Virus record (IMG/VR): IMGVR_UViG_3300045996_001882
Coordinates: 1 to 58,905 of that record
Strand: one strand, 5' to 3'
Length of the DNA: 58,905 nucleotides
From: a virus
Lineage: Duplodnaviria > Caudoviricetes
Numbering within the stretch: the stretch's first letter is position 1; each line of letters opens with the position of its first letter. This document shows, piece by piece, positions 37,127-45,995 of the stretch. Below the pieces are notes generated by a model that saw only the letters and a program-made list of their open reading frames with translations, was not told the origin of the DNA and ran no database searches. The position numbers were made by a program, and so were the translations under genes.

Positions 37127-38662
37127 GTGGGATACAAGTGGAAGACCACACCGTACCTGCATCAAGTGAAGGGAGTGAAGCGGCTCCTTAAGCAAGGGTA
37201 CGGTGGCGCCCTGTTGATGGAACCGCGGACGGGGAAAACCAAGACGACGATCGACTGGCTGTCGATCTTGAACCAACAGGGCAAGCTCAAGAAGGTTTTG
37301 ATCATCTGCCCCGCACGCGTCATGGACGTGTGGGTCGCGGAGTTGCTGACTCATTCACCGCGTCGGGTCAACATCGTCGTGTGGGATAGAAAGGCACGCA
37401 AGGACGGTCCACTGCCCGAGCACAACCCGGTGTTCGACATGACTGTGGTGATCGTGAACTACAACGCGTTCGCCACACCCGGGAAGAAGTTGGCGAGCGG
37501 GCGACGCTCGAAAGCAACCGGGCGGTTCAAGTTCAGGTCGTTGATCTTCAAGTGGATTCAGGGTGAAGACGCGGCGTGCGTGCTCGACGAGAGTCACAAG
37601 ATCAAGAGTCCCAGCGGCAAGACGTCGAACATGGTGGTCAGTCTCGGCAGCAAGTTCACCTACCGCGTGATCCTCACCGGAACACCGGTCACGAAGGCGA
37701 AGCGACTTCACGACCTGTACATGCAGTGGCAGTTCTTGAACCCGAGCACGCTCGAACAAATCGGCATCTACACTGTAGCCGATATGAAGGATCGAATGGG
37801 ACGGTGGACTGAGCGCAACGGGTTCCCGCAGTTCCTGCGCGCGAATGACCAGGGTGTGGAAGAGATCCGTCACGCGATCCACACCGATGCCTACGCGGTG
37901 AAGCGCGAGGAGTGCTTCGACCTGCCGCCGAGTGAGAACCGCATCATCCACGTACCGCTCACGACGTCAGCACGTGTGTACGACGAGATGGCTGAGCGCC
38001 TCGTGGCGACACTGAAGGACAAGCTGCGGGAGGAACACACGGTCGAGGCCGGTATCCCACTCACGCTCGCCCTGAGGCTTGCTCAGATCACAGGAGGATG
38101 CGCCACGACGGACGAGGGCAAGATCCTGCGCGTCGGGCGTGAGAAGATCAACGTCTTGACCGAACTCGTGCAAGACGAAGCGGTCGAGAAAGAACAGAAG
38201 ATGGTGATCGCGGCGAGGTTCAAGCCCGACCTGGCCGCAGCTGCTCGCATCGGCACTCAACTCGGTCTCCCCGTGTACCGCCTTCAGGGCGGCATTAGTC
38301 GTCAAGAAGCCACCGACAGCATTCGCAAGTTCAAGGAATTGGAGGGTCCTGCTCTGTTCGTGATGCAGCCTTCCGCAGGATCGCTGGGCATCGACCTGTC
38401 AGCTGCTCATCATTTGGTGTGGTACAGCCAAACACCGAACTGGACTGACTACACGCAGTCGAACGACCGAATCGCCTTGGCGTCAGGCATCAAGACCTAC
38501 ACGTACCTGATCGCTCCCGACACGGTGGATCAGATCTTGTACGACAGCTTGCAACTGGACGGCGAGGTCGCTCGACACATCACCACACGTCCTGAGGGGT
38601 TGTTGCGCTCTCAGGCTTCGATCAAGCGCATGAATTCGATGCTGGATATCAACGCCAGCTAG
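37127..38662 (+). CDS. SNF2-family (SF2) helicase (511 aa)
   Basis: MEPRTGKT, LDESHKIK, LTGTP, GSLGIDL, QSNDRI. Confidence 0.92.
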   Translation: MGYKWKTTPYLHQVKGVKRLLKQGYGGALLMEPRTGKTKTTIDWLSILNQQGKLKKVLIICPARVMDVWVAELLTHSPRRVNIVVWDRKARKDGPLPEHNPVFDMTVVIVNYNAFATPGKKLASGRRSKATGRFKFRSLIFKWIQGEDAACVLDESHKIKSPSGKTSNMVVSLGSKFTYRVILTGTPVTKAKRLHDLYMQWQFLNPSTLEQIGIYTVADMKDRMGRWTERNGFPQFLRANDQGVEEIRHAIHTDAYAVKREECFDLPPSENRIIHVPLTTSARVYDEMAERLVATLKDKLREEHTVEAGIPLTLALRLAQITGGCATTDEGKILRVGREKINVLTELVQDEAVEKEQKMVIAARFKPDLAAAARIGTQLGLPVYRLQGGISRQEATDSIRKFKELEGPALFVMQPSAGSLGIDLSAAHHLVWYSQTPNWTDYTQSNDRIALASGIKTYTYLIAPDTVDQILYDSLQLDGEVARHITTRPEGLLRSQASIKRMNSMLDINAS

Positions 38663-38678
38663 CGTCCCGTCTTACAAG

Positions 38679-38715
38679 TTTACAAGGCATTTCTCCACAT
38701 ACTAGGATAGGACGC
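38679..38715 (+). promoter_or_regulatory. Promoter of nucleotide-modification operon
   Basis: TTTACA-N18-TAGGAT-N7-ATG. Confidence 0.55.
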
Positions 38716-39267
38716 ATGATCATAGTAGAGGGATGTGATGGGAGCGGGAAAGACACCCTGATCCAATCACTGGCGTCGTACTTCCAGCTGCCCGTGCACG
38801 AGCGAGCCTGTACCAGTGAAGGGGGACCGATCGACGATCTCTACTCGTGGGTTCAGCGCGACGTTCTGCGCTTGCAGGAGCAGCCCCTGTCGATCTACAA
38901 CCGGCATCCTCTCGTGTCCGAGTACATCTACGGTCCGATCGTTCGTCAGTTCCTCCCGCAGGAATTCACCACGACGAACGCGCACCTCCTGATCAGGATG
39001 CTCGCCCAGCGGTCGTTCTTGATCGTGTGCGAGCCCCCCATGCACGAGGTCGCGCACAACCTGTCCGCTCAGCCGCACAACGCGCAGATGCCGGGAGTGT
39101 TCGATCACTTCCCGCAGATCTACAGTGCGTATCAGACGATGCGTCAGTTCTGGCCCGGCCAGGTCATGACGTACAACTACACCTACGGACAAGATCACTT
39201 CAACGGTCTTCTGTCCGCACTTCGCATCCACGTCGCCACTGAGAGGAACTACCGCCATGCCGCGTGA
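38716..39267 (+). CDS. dNMP kinase, thymidylate-kinase-like (183 aa)
   Basis: MIIVEGCDGSGKDT P-loop; YNRHPLVSEYIYG. Confidence 0.85.
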   Translation: MIIVEGCDGSGKDTLIQSLASYFQLPVHERACTSEGGPIDDLYSWVQRDVLRLQEQPLSIYNRHPLVSEYIYGPIVRQFLPQEFTTTNAHLLIRMLAQRSFLIVCEPPMHEVAHNLSAQPHNAQMPGVFDHFPQIYSAYQTMRQFWPGQVMTYNYTYGQDHFNGLLSALRIHVATERNYRHAA

Positions 39268-39862
39268 ATTCGTCAAGTCCGCCGAGATCATCTCTCTCTA
39301 CGACATCCAGGAGGACTCGAACGAGTGGCGCACCCAGGCCTACCCCGACACGTGCGGCCCGATGTACCAGTTCATGGGGGTGGCCGAGGAGGTCGGTGAA
39401 CTGTCGCACGCGCTCCTCAAGTACCTTCAGGGCATCCGCGGTTACGACAAGGACCGCATGCTCGCCGAGGTCGGCGACGCCGGGGGCGACATCGTCATCT
39501 TCCTGTGTGGGCTGTTCTCGTCGCTCGGCCTCGATCTCGAGCAGGAAGTGAACCAGGCGTGGGCTCACGTCAAGAACCGCAACCTGCGACAGGGTTCCGA
39601 CAACGGCTCGACCTCCGGCACCTACACGGCTCCCGCGGATGTCGACGTGCCGGCGCAGAATAACTCCCAGCAGCGCGGTGATCAGCCCAAGCCCGTGTGC
39701 GCCACGAACTGCGGGTGCTCGATGTCGGACGATGTCAAGGTCGTCAGCGTCGATGACACCCCCATCAACCAGCTCAACCCCGAGCAGCGTGAACGTCTCC
39801 TGGGCATGCCGCCCGTCAAGCCGTCCTACGACGCTGCTGCGCACGCGAACAGGATCCCCTGA
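39257..39862 (+). CDS. mazG: MazG-like dNTP pyrophosphohydrolase with C-terminal extension (201 aa)
   Basis: GVAEEVGEL...AEVGD EXXE/EXXD motifs. Confidence 0.85.
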   Translation: MPREFVKSAEIISLYDIQEDSNEWRTQAYPDTCGPMYQFMGVAEEVGELSHALLKYLQGIRGYDKDRMLAEVGDAGGDIVIFLCGLFSSLGLDLEQEVNQAWAHVKNRNLRQGSDNGSTSGTYTAPADVDVPAQNNSQQRGDQPKPVCATNCGCSMSDDVKVVSVDDTPINQLNPEQRERLLGMPPVKPSYDAAAHANRIP

Positions 39863-40752
39863 TGGTTCATCTGATCAAGGCTCCGACCGCGACGCTGCTT
39901 CACGACAAGCTGGCGAATTCGCTCCTGTTCGGTTCTCGAACCGAGCTCGATGACGCCAACTCGGTCGACGTGCAGCTTCACAACGTCGTGGCCGAGGCCG
40001 ACTCGTTCGAGTGGCTCAACAGCGCCGAGAGGTTCTGGACGACTCGTTCGAGGTGGAACACGATGGTGCGGCAGTACATCGATCCCGTGGCTCTTCAGGA
40101 ATGGCTCAACATCATCGAGGGCCGATTCCCGTCGAGCAAGCGCGGCGTCGCCGTTCTGCGCACCAACACGGTGGCCTCACGCAACACCGGCCGGGGTGTG
40201 ACCCGTCGATGGGGTTCGTGCATGTTGAGCCTGTCGTACCGCGTCAAGCCGTGGCCTCAGATCACCCTGCACTCGCGCACGTGCTACCTGGGCTACTTGA
40301 GTGTTCTCGACATGACGGTGGCCCACGTGTGTGCACGTCTCGCCGGCGCACGATCGGGTGTGGACCCAACAAGCATGAGGTTCGTGTGGAATCTCGAGAT
40401 GGCCCAGTTCCACGGCTTCAGGTGCCTCGCGTACCCGGTCGGGGGATCGGACGATTTCTTCGAAGAGTTCACCGCGCACGACGCGAGACGCGAGACTTAC
40501 CCGGGCGTGTACCTCGCACGCAAGGAGTACGACAAGATCGAGGCGCTCGACAACGCGCTGGTGCCGTACGGCGATCAGTCGTTCTCATCCAGCCGTCGGG
40601 TTCGCCGTCGGTTCCACACCCAGGTTCACGGGTACGACTACGCACTTCAGTTCGAGGGGGGTAAGGACCCCAAGAATTCGAGGGCGTACCGACCGATTCC
40701 CCACACGTCGACCGACGATCTGGACTTCACACCGATTGGGATTATCGCATGA
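39862..40752 (+). CDS. Divergent thymidylate-synthase-fold paralogue (296 aa)
   Basis: PSSKRG, WGSCMLSLSYR, LHSRTCYLGYLSVLD, AQFH in the order and spacing of TS motifs (manual alignment). Confidence 0.55.
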   Translation: MVHLIKAPTATLLHDKLANSLLFGSRTELDDANSVDVQLHNVVAEADSFEWLNSAERFWTTRSRWNTMVRQYIDPVALQEWLNIIEGRFPSSKRGVAVLRTNTVASRNTGRGVTRRWGSCMLSLSYRVKPWPQITLHSRTCYLGYLSVLDMTVAHVCARLAGARSGVDPTSMRFVWNLEMAQFHGFRCLAYPVGGSDDFFEEFTAHDARRETYPGVYLARKEYDKIEALDNALVPYGDQSFSSSRRVRRRFHTQVHGYDYALQFEGGKDPKNSRAYRPIPHTSTDDLDFTPIGIIA

Positions 40753-41561
40753 GAACCACCGGCCGCACTGTGTTCACCGATGTGCATTCGACTGAGTTCA
40801 GTCGTCTGTTCTCGATCCTTCGTCACAACCTCAACGAATCGTCGGTGTACGACCGCGGTCGGTGGCAATCCCAAGACGTCTCGACGCGCCCTGAGATGAA
40901 CACACGCGAACTCTGGAACGTGCACATCGAGTACGACATGCCGACGACGAACAAGGCGCTTGTGGACGCTGTGAGGCCTAACCGGCCGTGGGCCGACGAC
41001 CACTTCCTCGAGCGCGTGTCTGGTCAACCGCTCAACCCGCCGCCGTCGTCATCTTGGTGGCCTTTCAACCAACGGGACAATGCTCAGCACAAGTCGGCCG
41101 ACAAGTTCTCCCACACGTACCCCGAGCGATTCTGGCCCAAGTGGGCCAACGGCAAGGACGTCGAACGAAACCCCAAGAAGCACCGAGGTATTCGATTTGG
41201 TTATGGTGATCTCGCCGACGTCGTCAAGCAACTGCGAGCTGACCCTTTCACCCGCCAAGCATACCTCCCTGTCTGGTTCCCCGAGGACACCGGCGCGGTG
41301 CACGGCGAGCGAGTCCCGTGCTCGTTGGGTTACCATTTTGTCCGCAATGGCAGTAGGCTTGATTGCGTTTATAGCCTTCGCTCTTGTGACTTTTTCCGTC
41401 ATTTCCGTGATGATGTATATCTCGCTTGCCGGCTCACCGATTGGATCCAAGATCAGCTCCTGGATGTGGATGGTTATCCCTGGCTAGGCAAGCTCGTGCT
41501 CAACATCTCGAACCTGCACTGTTTCCGTGGAGACCAATGGCTGCTTGACAAGGAGGACTGA
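40749..41561 (+). CDS. Thymidylate-synthase-fold enzyme, probable dCMP C5-modifying (methyl/hydroxymethyl) transferase (270 aa)
   Basis: HFLERV, TYPERF, PFTRQAYL, VPCSLGYHF, LRSCDFFRHFRDD, NLHCF; Asp at E. coli ThyA Asn177 position. Confidence 0.8.
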   Translation: MRTTGRTVFTDVHSTEFSRLFSILRHNLNESSVYDRGRWQSQDVSTRPEMNTRELWNVHIEYDMPTTNKALVDAVRPNRPWADDHFLERVSGQPLNPPPSSSWWPFNQRDNAQHKSADKFSHTYPERFWPKWANGKDVERNPKKHRGIRFGYGDLADVVKQLRADPFTRQAYLPVWFPEDTGAVHGERVPCSLGYHFVRNGSRLDCVYSLRSCDFFRHFRDDVYLACRLTDWIQDQLLDVDGYPWLGKLVLNISNLHCFRGDQWLLDKED

Positions 41562-41566
41562 CCAAC

Positions 41567-41713
41567 ATGGATCGCAAAGCTCGCATATCGGTGTGGTGGG
41601 ATCGAGTAGGCTTACCCTCATTCCTCGGCTTTCTGATCGTGTGCTTCGTGATGTCTCTGGCGTTCGGCGTGTTCTTCGTTCTTCGTGGTCTGGGGTGGCT
41701 CCCGTGCCCGTGA
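41567..41713 (+). CDS. Small membrane protein (48 aa)
   Basis: Own translation MDRKARISVWWDRVGLPSFLGFLIVCFVMSLAFGVFFVLRGLGWLPCP; AGGAGG upstream; GTGA overlap with deaminase. Confidence 0.5.
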   Translation: MDRKARISVWWDRVGLPSFLGFLIVCFVMSLAFGVFFVLRGLGWLPCP

Positions 41714-42144
41714 CGCCTCGTCCCACACGCCATGACATGCTGATGCAGATTGCTCATGTGGTGGCCTCTCGTTCGACGTGCGATCGACTCAACGTCGGTG
41801 CAGTTCTGTCTCGCGAGGGTCGCGTTCTGTCCATGGGCTACAACGGCCCGGCGAGCGGTCTGCCCCACTGTGCACACGAGAACGGGGAGCCGTGCGACGC
41901 TGCGATCCATGCAGAGGCCAACGCGATCACGTGGGCTGCTCGTGACGGAATACGGATCGTCGCGTCTGATCTGTACGTCACGCACATGCCGTGCCTGGGG
42001 TGCGCGAAGTTGATCGCCCAGGCAGGAATTCGCCGAGTCATTTTCCAGAGTTCGTATCGCGACCGGGCAGGACTTGACTTACTCACACGTGCTCGCGTAG
42101 GTTTCGTCAGTTACGATCCGACATTGTCGGGAGGAGGACTGTAA
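41710..42144 (+). CDS. dCMP deaminase (144 aa)
   Basis: RSTC.R..VGAV, GYNG, HAEANAI, PCLGCAK. Confidence 0.92.
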   Translation: MTPRPTRHDMLMQIAHVVASRSTCDRLNVGAVLSREGRVLSMGYNGPASGLPHCAHENGEPCDAAIHAEANAITWAARDGIRIVASDLYVTHMPCLGCAKLIAQAGIRRVIFQSSYRDRAGLDLLTRARVGFVSYDPTLSGGGL

Positions 42145-44696
42145 TGGGTGTGGGGAATCCACGCATTGAGCTGGCGGTTCGTAATGCCGACTGCACTGCT
42201 TGCAAGCTTCACGTCCAGGCTGACGGCGACGACCGCTGTGTGACCGCGAGGGGTTCCCACGCGTCCGACGTTCTCATTCTGACCAAGCATCCACTCGGGC
42301 CCCGTGCGCTCAAGGAGCTGAAGACGTACCTCGAGCGCGCGGGTTTCGACCCCGAGCAGTTGTTGTACACGGGCGCAAGCAAGTGCTTGACCTGGGATCT
42401 CGAACCGACGAAGACGACGATGAAGGCGTGCAAGCCTTACCTTGAGGCTGAGGTCGAAACGTCGAAGGTCAAGTGGATTCTTGCGATCGGCAACGAGGCT
42501 CTGTATTCCGCCGCCGGCAAGTCCGGGATCATGAAGCACCGCGGGATCACCTACGACGGTGTGGGTGGTTCTCGAGTCGTCGCGACGATCTCGCCGGCGA
42601 TGGTGTACCGCAATCCCGGCCAGAAGAGCGGGTTCGAGGCTGACTTGCGTTACTTCTACAACCTCGTGACCAAGAATCCGACAATCGCCGCTGCCGAGCC
42701 CGATGAAATCCACACCGTTGACACGAAGGAAAAGCTGCACGCATTCCTGGAAACACTCGCCAACGGTGAAGCAGCGGCCTACGACCTCGAGACGACCGGG
42801 TTCGAAGAGTACGTCTCAGACGCTGCTATCGTGTCAATGGCGGTGACAGTACGAACGCGTGACGCGAAGACGTCAGCGACGACTACAGAGTGCTTTGCGG
42901 TGCCCCTCTGGCATCCCGATTCGCCGTGGCGTACCGCGTGGCGTCGCATCATGGAACTCATCGGCAAGTACCTCGCTCGAGTTCCCAAGCGCATCGCTCA
43001 CAACGGGAAGTTCGACAACAGGTGGTGTCGTCAGTTCAACGCTCGCGTCAAGCTGACATTCGACACGATGCTGGCGGCACACCTCCTCGACGAGAATCGA
43101 CCCAAGGGGCTCAAGCCTCTCGCACGTACGCTCCTCGGTGCGCCGCCGTGGGACATCCAGATTCACAACGTCAAGGGCAAGCCGTGGTGGGAAGTTCACG
43201 GGCTCGACAACATCCTGAAGTACAACGGGCTCGACACCTGGCACACCCTTCGCCTTTACGACCTGTTCGTCGAGGAGTTGAAGAAGAACCCGCGGTTGGC
43301 CAAGATCATGCAGTACCTGATGATGCCCGCCAACGAGGTGTTCACCGACGCCGAGATGCACGGGGTGTGGGTCGACCTCAAGCGTTTGACGGCCAACTAC
43401 CAGATCGTCCTCGAGCGCCTCGCCGATGTCGAACAACGCCTCTCGAAGTGGATTCCTGAGGACCACGGATTTGGCGAGGTCAACTTCAACCCCTCGAACT
43501 TCGCACGGTGGTGGTTGTTCACCCATCTCAAGCTGCCCGTCCTCGCCCGTGGCAAGCAGAAGGAAGATGGTTCACCTGGAGCGCCGTCGATGTCTGAGGC
43601 TGTGATGCTCGAGCTTCAGGAGATCCACGAAGTTCCACGTATGTTGCTCGAACGCGCGGGCTATGAGAAGAATCGACAGTTCTTCGCTGCGTACTCGAAC
43701 CTGGTTGACAGTCGCGGTCGTATCCACACGTCGTTCAAGCTGACTGGGACCGTGACAGGGCGACTTTCTTCGGGCAAGGAAGAAGCCGACAAGGTGTCAG
43801 GCCGCGTACCGCAGCGAGGTGTGAACCTTCAACAAGTTCCCCGTGATTCGTTCGTGCGCGGTGTGTTCGGCGCCGCACCCGGGAACTACTTCGTTGAGTG
43901 CGACTACTCCCAGGTTGAACTTCGAGTTGCTGCCTTCCTCGCCCAAGAGCGTACGATGTTGCACCTGTACGCAACGGGTCAGGACATTCACATGGCGATG
44001 GCTATGAGGATGACCGGCAAGGCTGCGAAGGACGTCACCAAGGAGGAGCGCAAGAAGGCCAAGGCCGTGAACTTCGGGTTCTTGTACGGCATGGGCTGGA
44101 ACAAATTCATCTCCACTGCATGGCTCAACTACGGCGTTCGAGTGACCGAGGAGGAAGCACAGGCATTCCGACGGGCATTCTTCGATCAGTTCCCGATGCT
44201 GCTCAAGTGGCACGCTTCGTGCAAGGCGTTCGCGCGCAAGCACGGGTATGTCATCAGCCCGCTGGGTCGCAAGCGCAACCTTCCCGACATCTACTCCCAG
44301 GTTCAGTCAGTGGCGAACGAAGCTGGACGTCAGGCGATCAACTCGCCCGTTCAATCGTTCGCATCTGACATGGCATTGTGGTCGATGGTGCTCGTCAATC
44401 AGCAGTTCAAGAAGCGCGGGATGAAGGCCACACCGATCGGGACCGTTCACGATGCTGTGAACTACGAAGTGCCCGCCGACGAGGTACACATCGCTGTTCC
44501 GATCATCAAGCACACGATGGAGAACTTGCCCCTCCAGAAGTACTTCGGCATCGACCTGAACGTTCCGATCATCGGTGACGTCAAGCTGGGAACTCACTGG
44601 GGTGACTCGCTCGAGATGGACAACGAGGTGTCTGTCAACGGTGAGCGCATCCTTGAGTGGATGAATGAGAAGGGGTTTGTGACCAATGCCAGTTGA
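42144..44696 (+). CDS. polA: Family A DNA polymerase with N-terminal UDG-family-4-like domain and 3'-5' exonuclease (850 aa)
   Basis: CTACKLH; YDLETTG, HNGKFD, YNGLD; TGRLSS, DYSQVELR, RKKAKAVNFGFLYG, TVHDA. Confidence 0.95.
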   Translation: MGVGNPRIELAVRNADCTACKLHVQADGDDRCVTARGSHASDVLILTKHPLGPRALKELKTYLERAGFDPEQLLYTGASKCLTWDLEPTKTTMKACKPYLEAEVETSKVKWILAIGNEALYSAAGKSGIMKHRGITYDGVGGSRVVATISPAMVYRNPGQKSGFEADLRYFYNLVTKNPTIAAAEPDEIHTVDTKEKLHAFLETLANGEAAAYDLETTGFEEYVSDAAIVSMAVTVRTRDAKTSATTTECFAVPLWHPDSPWRTAWRRIMELIGKYLARVPKRIAHNGKFDNRWCRQFNARVKLTFDTMLAAHLLDENRPKGLKPLARTLLGAPPWDIQIHNVKGKPWWEVHGLDNILKYNGLDTWHTLRLYDLFVEELKKNPRLAKIMQYLMMPANEVFTDAEMHGVWVDLKRLTANYQIVLERLADVEQRLSKWIPEDHGFGEVNFNPSNFARWWLFTHLKLPVLARGKQKEDGSPGAPSMSEAVMLELQEIHEVPRMLLERAGYEKNRQFFAAYSNLVDSRGRIHTSFKLTGTVTGRLSSGKEEADKVSGRVPQRGVNLQQVPRDSFVRGVFGAAPGNYFVECDYSQVELRVAAFLAQERTMLHLYATGQDIHMAMAMRMTGKAAKDVTKEERKKAKAVNFGFLYGMGWNKFISTAWLNYGVRVTEEEAQAFRRAFFDQFPMLLKWHASCKAFARKHGYVISPLGRKRNLPDIYSQVQSVANEAGRQAINSPVQSFASDMALWSMVLVNQQFKKRGMKATPIGTVHDAVNYEVPADEVHIAVPIIKHTMENLPLQKYFGIDLNVPIIGDVKLGTHWGDSLEMDNEVSVNGERILEWMNEKGFVTNAS

Positions 44697-45747
44697 GCTG
44701 TACGTCGATCCTGACACCGGGATGAACATCGTCACGCACTCGATGGTGAAGGCGTTTCGACGGTGCCCGCGTCAGGCCATGTACAAGTACGTGGACCGAC
44801 TCAAGCCCAAGGCGCTGTCGAAGCCCCTGAAGCGCGGAACGTGGATCCACGCACTACTCGAGACGCATTACAAGGGCGGTGACTGGCGGGACACGCACAA
44901 GAAGCTCAGCGAGCAATTCTACCGGCTGTTCGTGGAAGAACAGGAGGCCCTCGGCGATCTCCCGCGCGAGATCCGTCGACTGATGCAGTCGTACTTCTGG
45001 CACTACCGCGACGACGCTGACTGGAAGGTACTCGAGACCGAGTTCACCATCGAGACCGAACTCTTCCCGGGCACGATCTACCGCGGACGTGTGGACAATC
45101 TCGTCGAGACCCCTTACGGTCTTTACGTGGTCGACCACAAGAGCCATCGCACGTTGCCCGACCTGTCAGACCAATTGCTCGACCCGCAGTCCGTTCTGTA
45201 CGTGTGGGCTGCACGTCGACTCGGCATGCCTGTGAAGGGATTCATCTGGAACTACATCAAGACGGATCCCCCCAAGCAGCTTCGATTCAAGAAGGACGGC
45301 AACCTGTACGCGAAGCAGGGTGCAACAGACTACCCGACCGCGTACCGTAGCCTGATGGCACGCGGCATCGACCCGCGCGACGAGGAGAACGAGAAGTGGG
45401 TGGCGTATCTGAAGCCCCTTCAGAACCAGCGTTACCGACCGGACTCTACGCTGCAGTTGTCCCCCTTCTTCCGTCGCGATACGTTGGAAAAGGATGACGC
45501 GATGATCGAACGAGCAGTCAAGGAGGTGATCCACACCGTCAAGCGAATGCAGAAGTACCCCTTCGACAAGCGCGATTACGTCGAGCGTGTGGTCAACCGT
45601 GACTGCAAGTACTTCTGCTCATACCGTTCGATCTGCACGTCTGACCTGATGGGCGGCAATTCCGAACTGATCGCTCGACAGCAGTTCCGCGTCGGCGACC
45701 CGATGGACTACTACCGCGACGACAAGCTGGAGGAAACAACGTCATGA
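44686..45747 (+). CDS. Cas4/RecB-like PD-(D/E)XK exonuclease (353 aa)
   Basis: CPRQ, GTWIH, GRVD...VDHKS, Q...Y, C-terminal CKYFCSYRSIC. Confidence 0.85.
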   Translation: MPVELYVDPDTGMNIVTHSMVKAFRRCPRQAMYKYVDRLKPKALSKPLKRGTWIHALLETHYKGGDWRDTHKKLSEQFYRLFVEEQEALGDLPREIRRLMQSYFWHYRDDADWKVLETEFTIETELFPGTIYRGRVDNLVETPYGLYVVDHKSHRTLPDLSDQLLDPQSVLYVWAARRLGMPVKGFIWNYIKTDPPKQLRFKKDGNLYAKQGATDYPTAYRSLMARGIDPRDEENEKWVAYLKPLQNQRYRPDSTLQLSPFFRRDTLEKDDAMIERAVKEVIHTVKRMQKYPFDKRDYVERVVNRDCKYFCSYRSICTSDLMGGNSELIARQQFRVGDPMDYYRDDKLEETTS

Positions 45748-45995
45748 GTAATGACCCGCACTACGTCCTGCGTTACACGATCGAGCGTGTGGATCACATC
45801 AAGCCCGAGGCCCGTAGTTCGTACCGAACGGATTCGTTGCCCGAGCCGAAGGAGACGCGTGTCGTGACGGAACTCGCCTCCCACACGCTGAAGCGCGGTG
45901 ACCTGACTAGTCTGATCGCGACGGCGATCAAGCACCTCGATCTGGTGGAGGACGACAACATCCACGACCCGAAGCCGAAGGGTAATGTTCGCTGA
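45744..45995 (+). CDS. Hypothetical protein (83 aa)
   Basis: Coupled to both neighbours; GGAGG RBS. Confidence 0.6.
   Translation: MSNDPHYVLRYTIERVDHIKPEARSSYRTDSLPEPKETRVVTELASHTLKRGDLTSLIATAIKHLDLVEDDNIHDPKPKGNVR

Noticed and set aside
41527-41709. N-terminal extension of the dCMP deaminase in the ORF track
   Set aside because: Overlaps a better-supported membrane ORF; the deaminase domain begins near 41710. Extended starts were likewise trimmed at 10704, 12986, 13823, 23645 and 57656
38716-42144. Thymidine hypermodification (hmdU) or 7-deazaguanine/2-aminoadenine pathway
   Set aside because: TS-fold enzymes have the dCMP-type Asp and ThyX is intact; no DNA hmU kinase, aGPT-pyrophosphorylase, Que/Dpd or PurZ genes recognised. 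An hmdCMP-to-hmdUMP route via the deaminase is not fully excluded
44686-45747. Cas4-like gene as sign of a CRISPR system
   Set aside because: No repeat-spacer array or other cas genes seen; solo Cas4-like nucleases beside Sak4/SSB are common phage recombination genes
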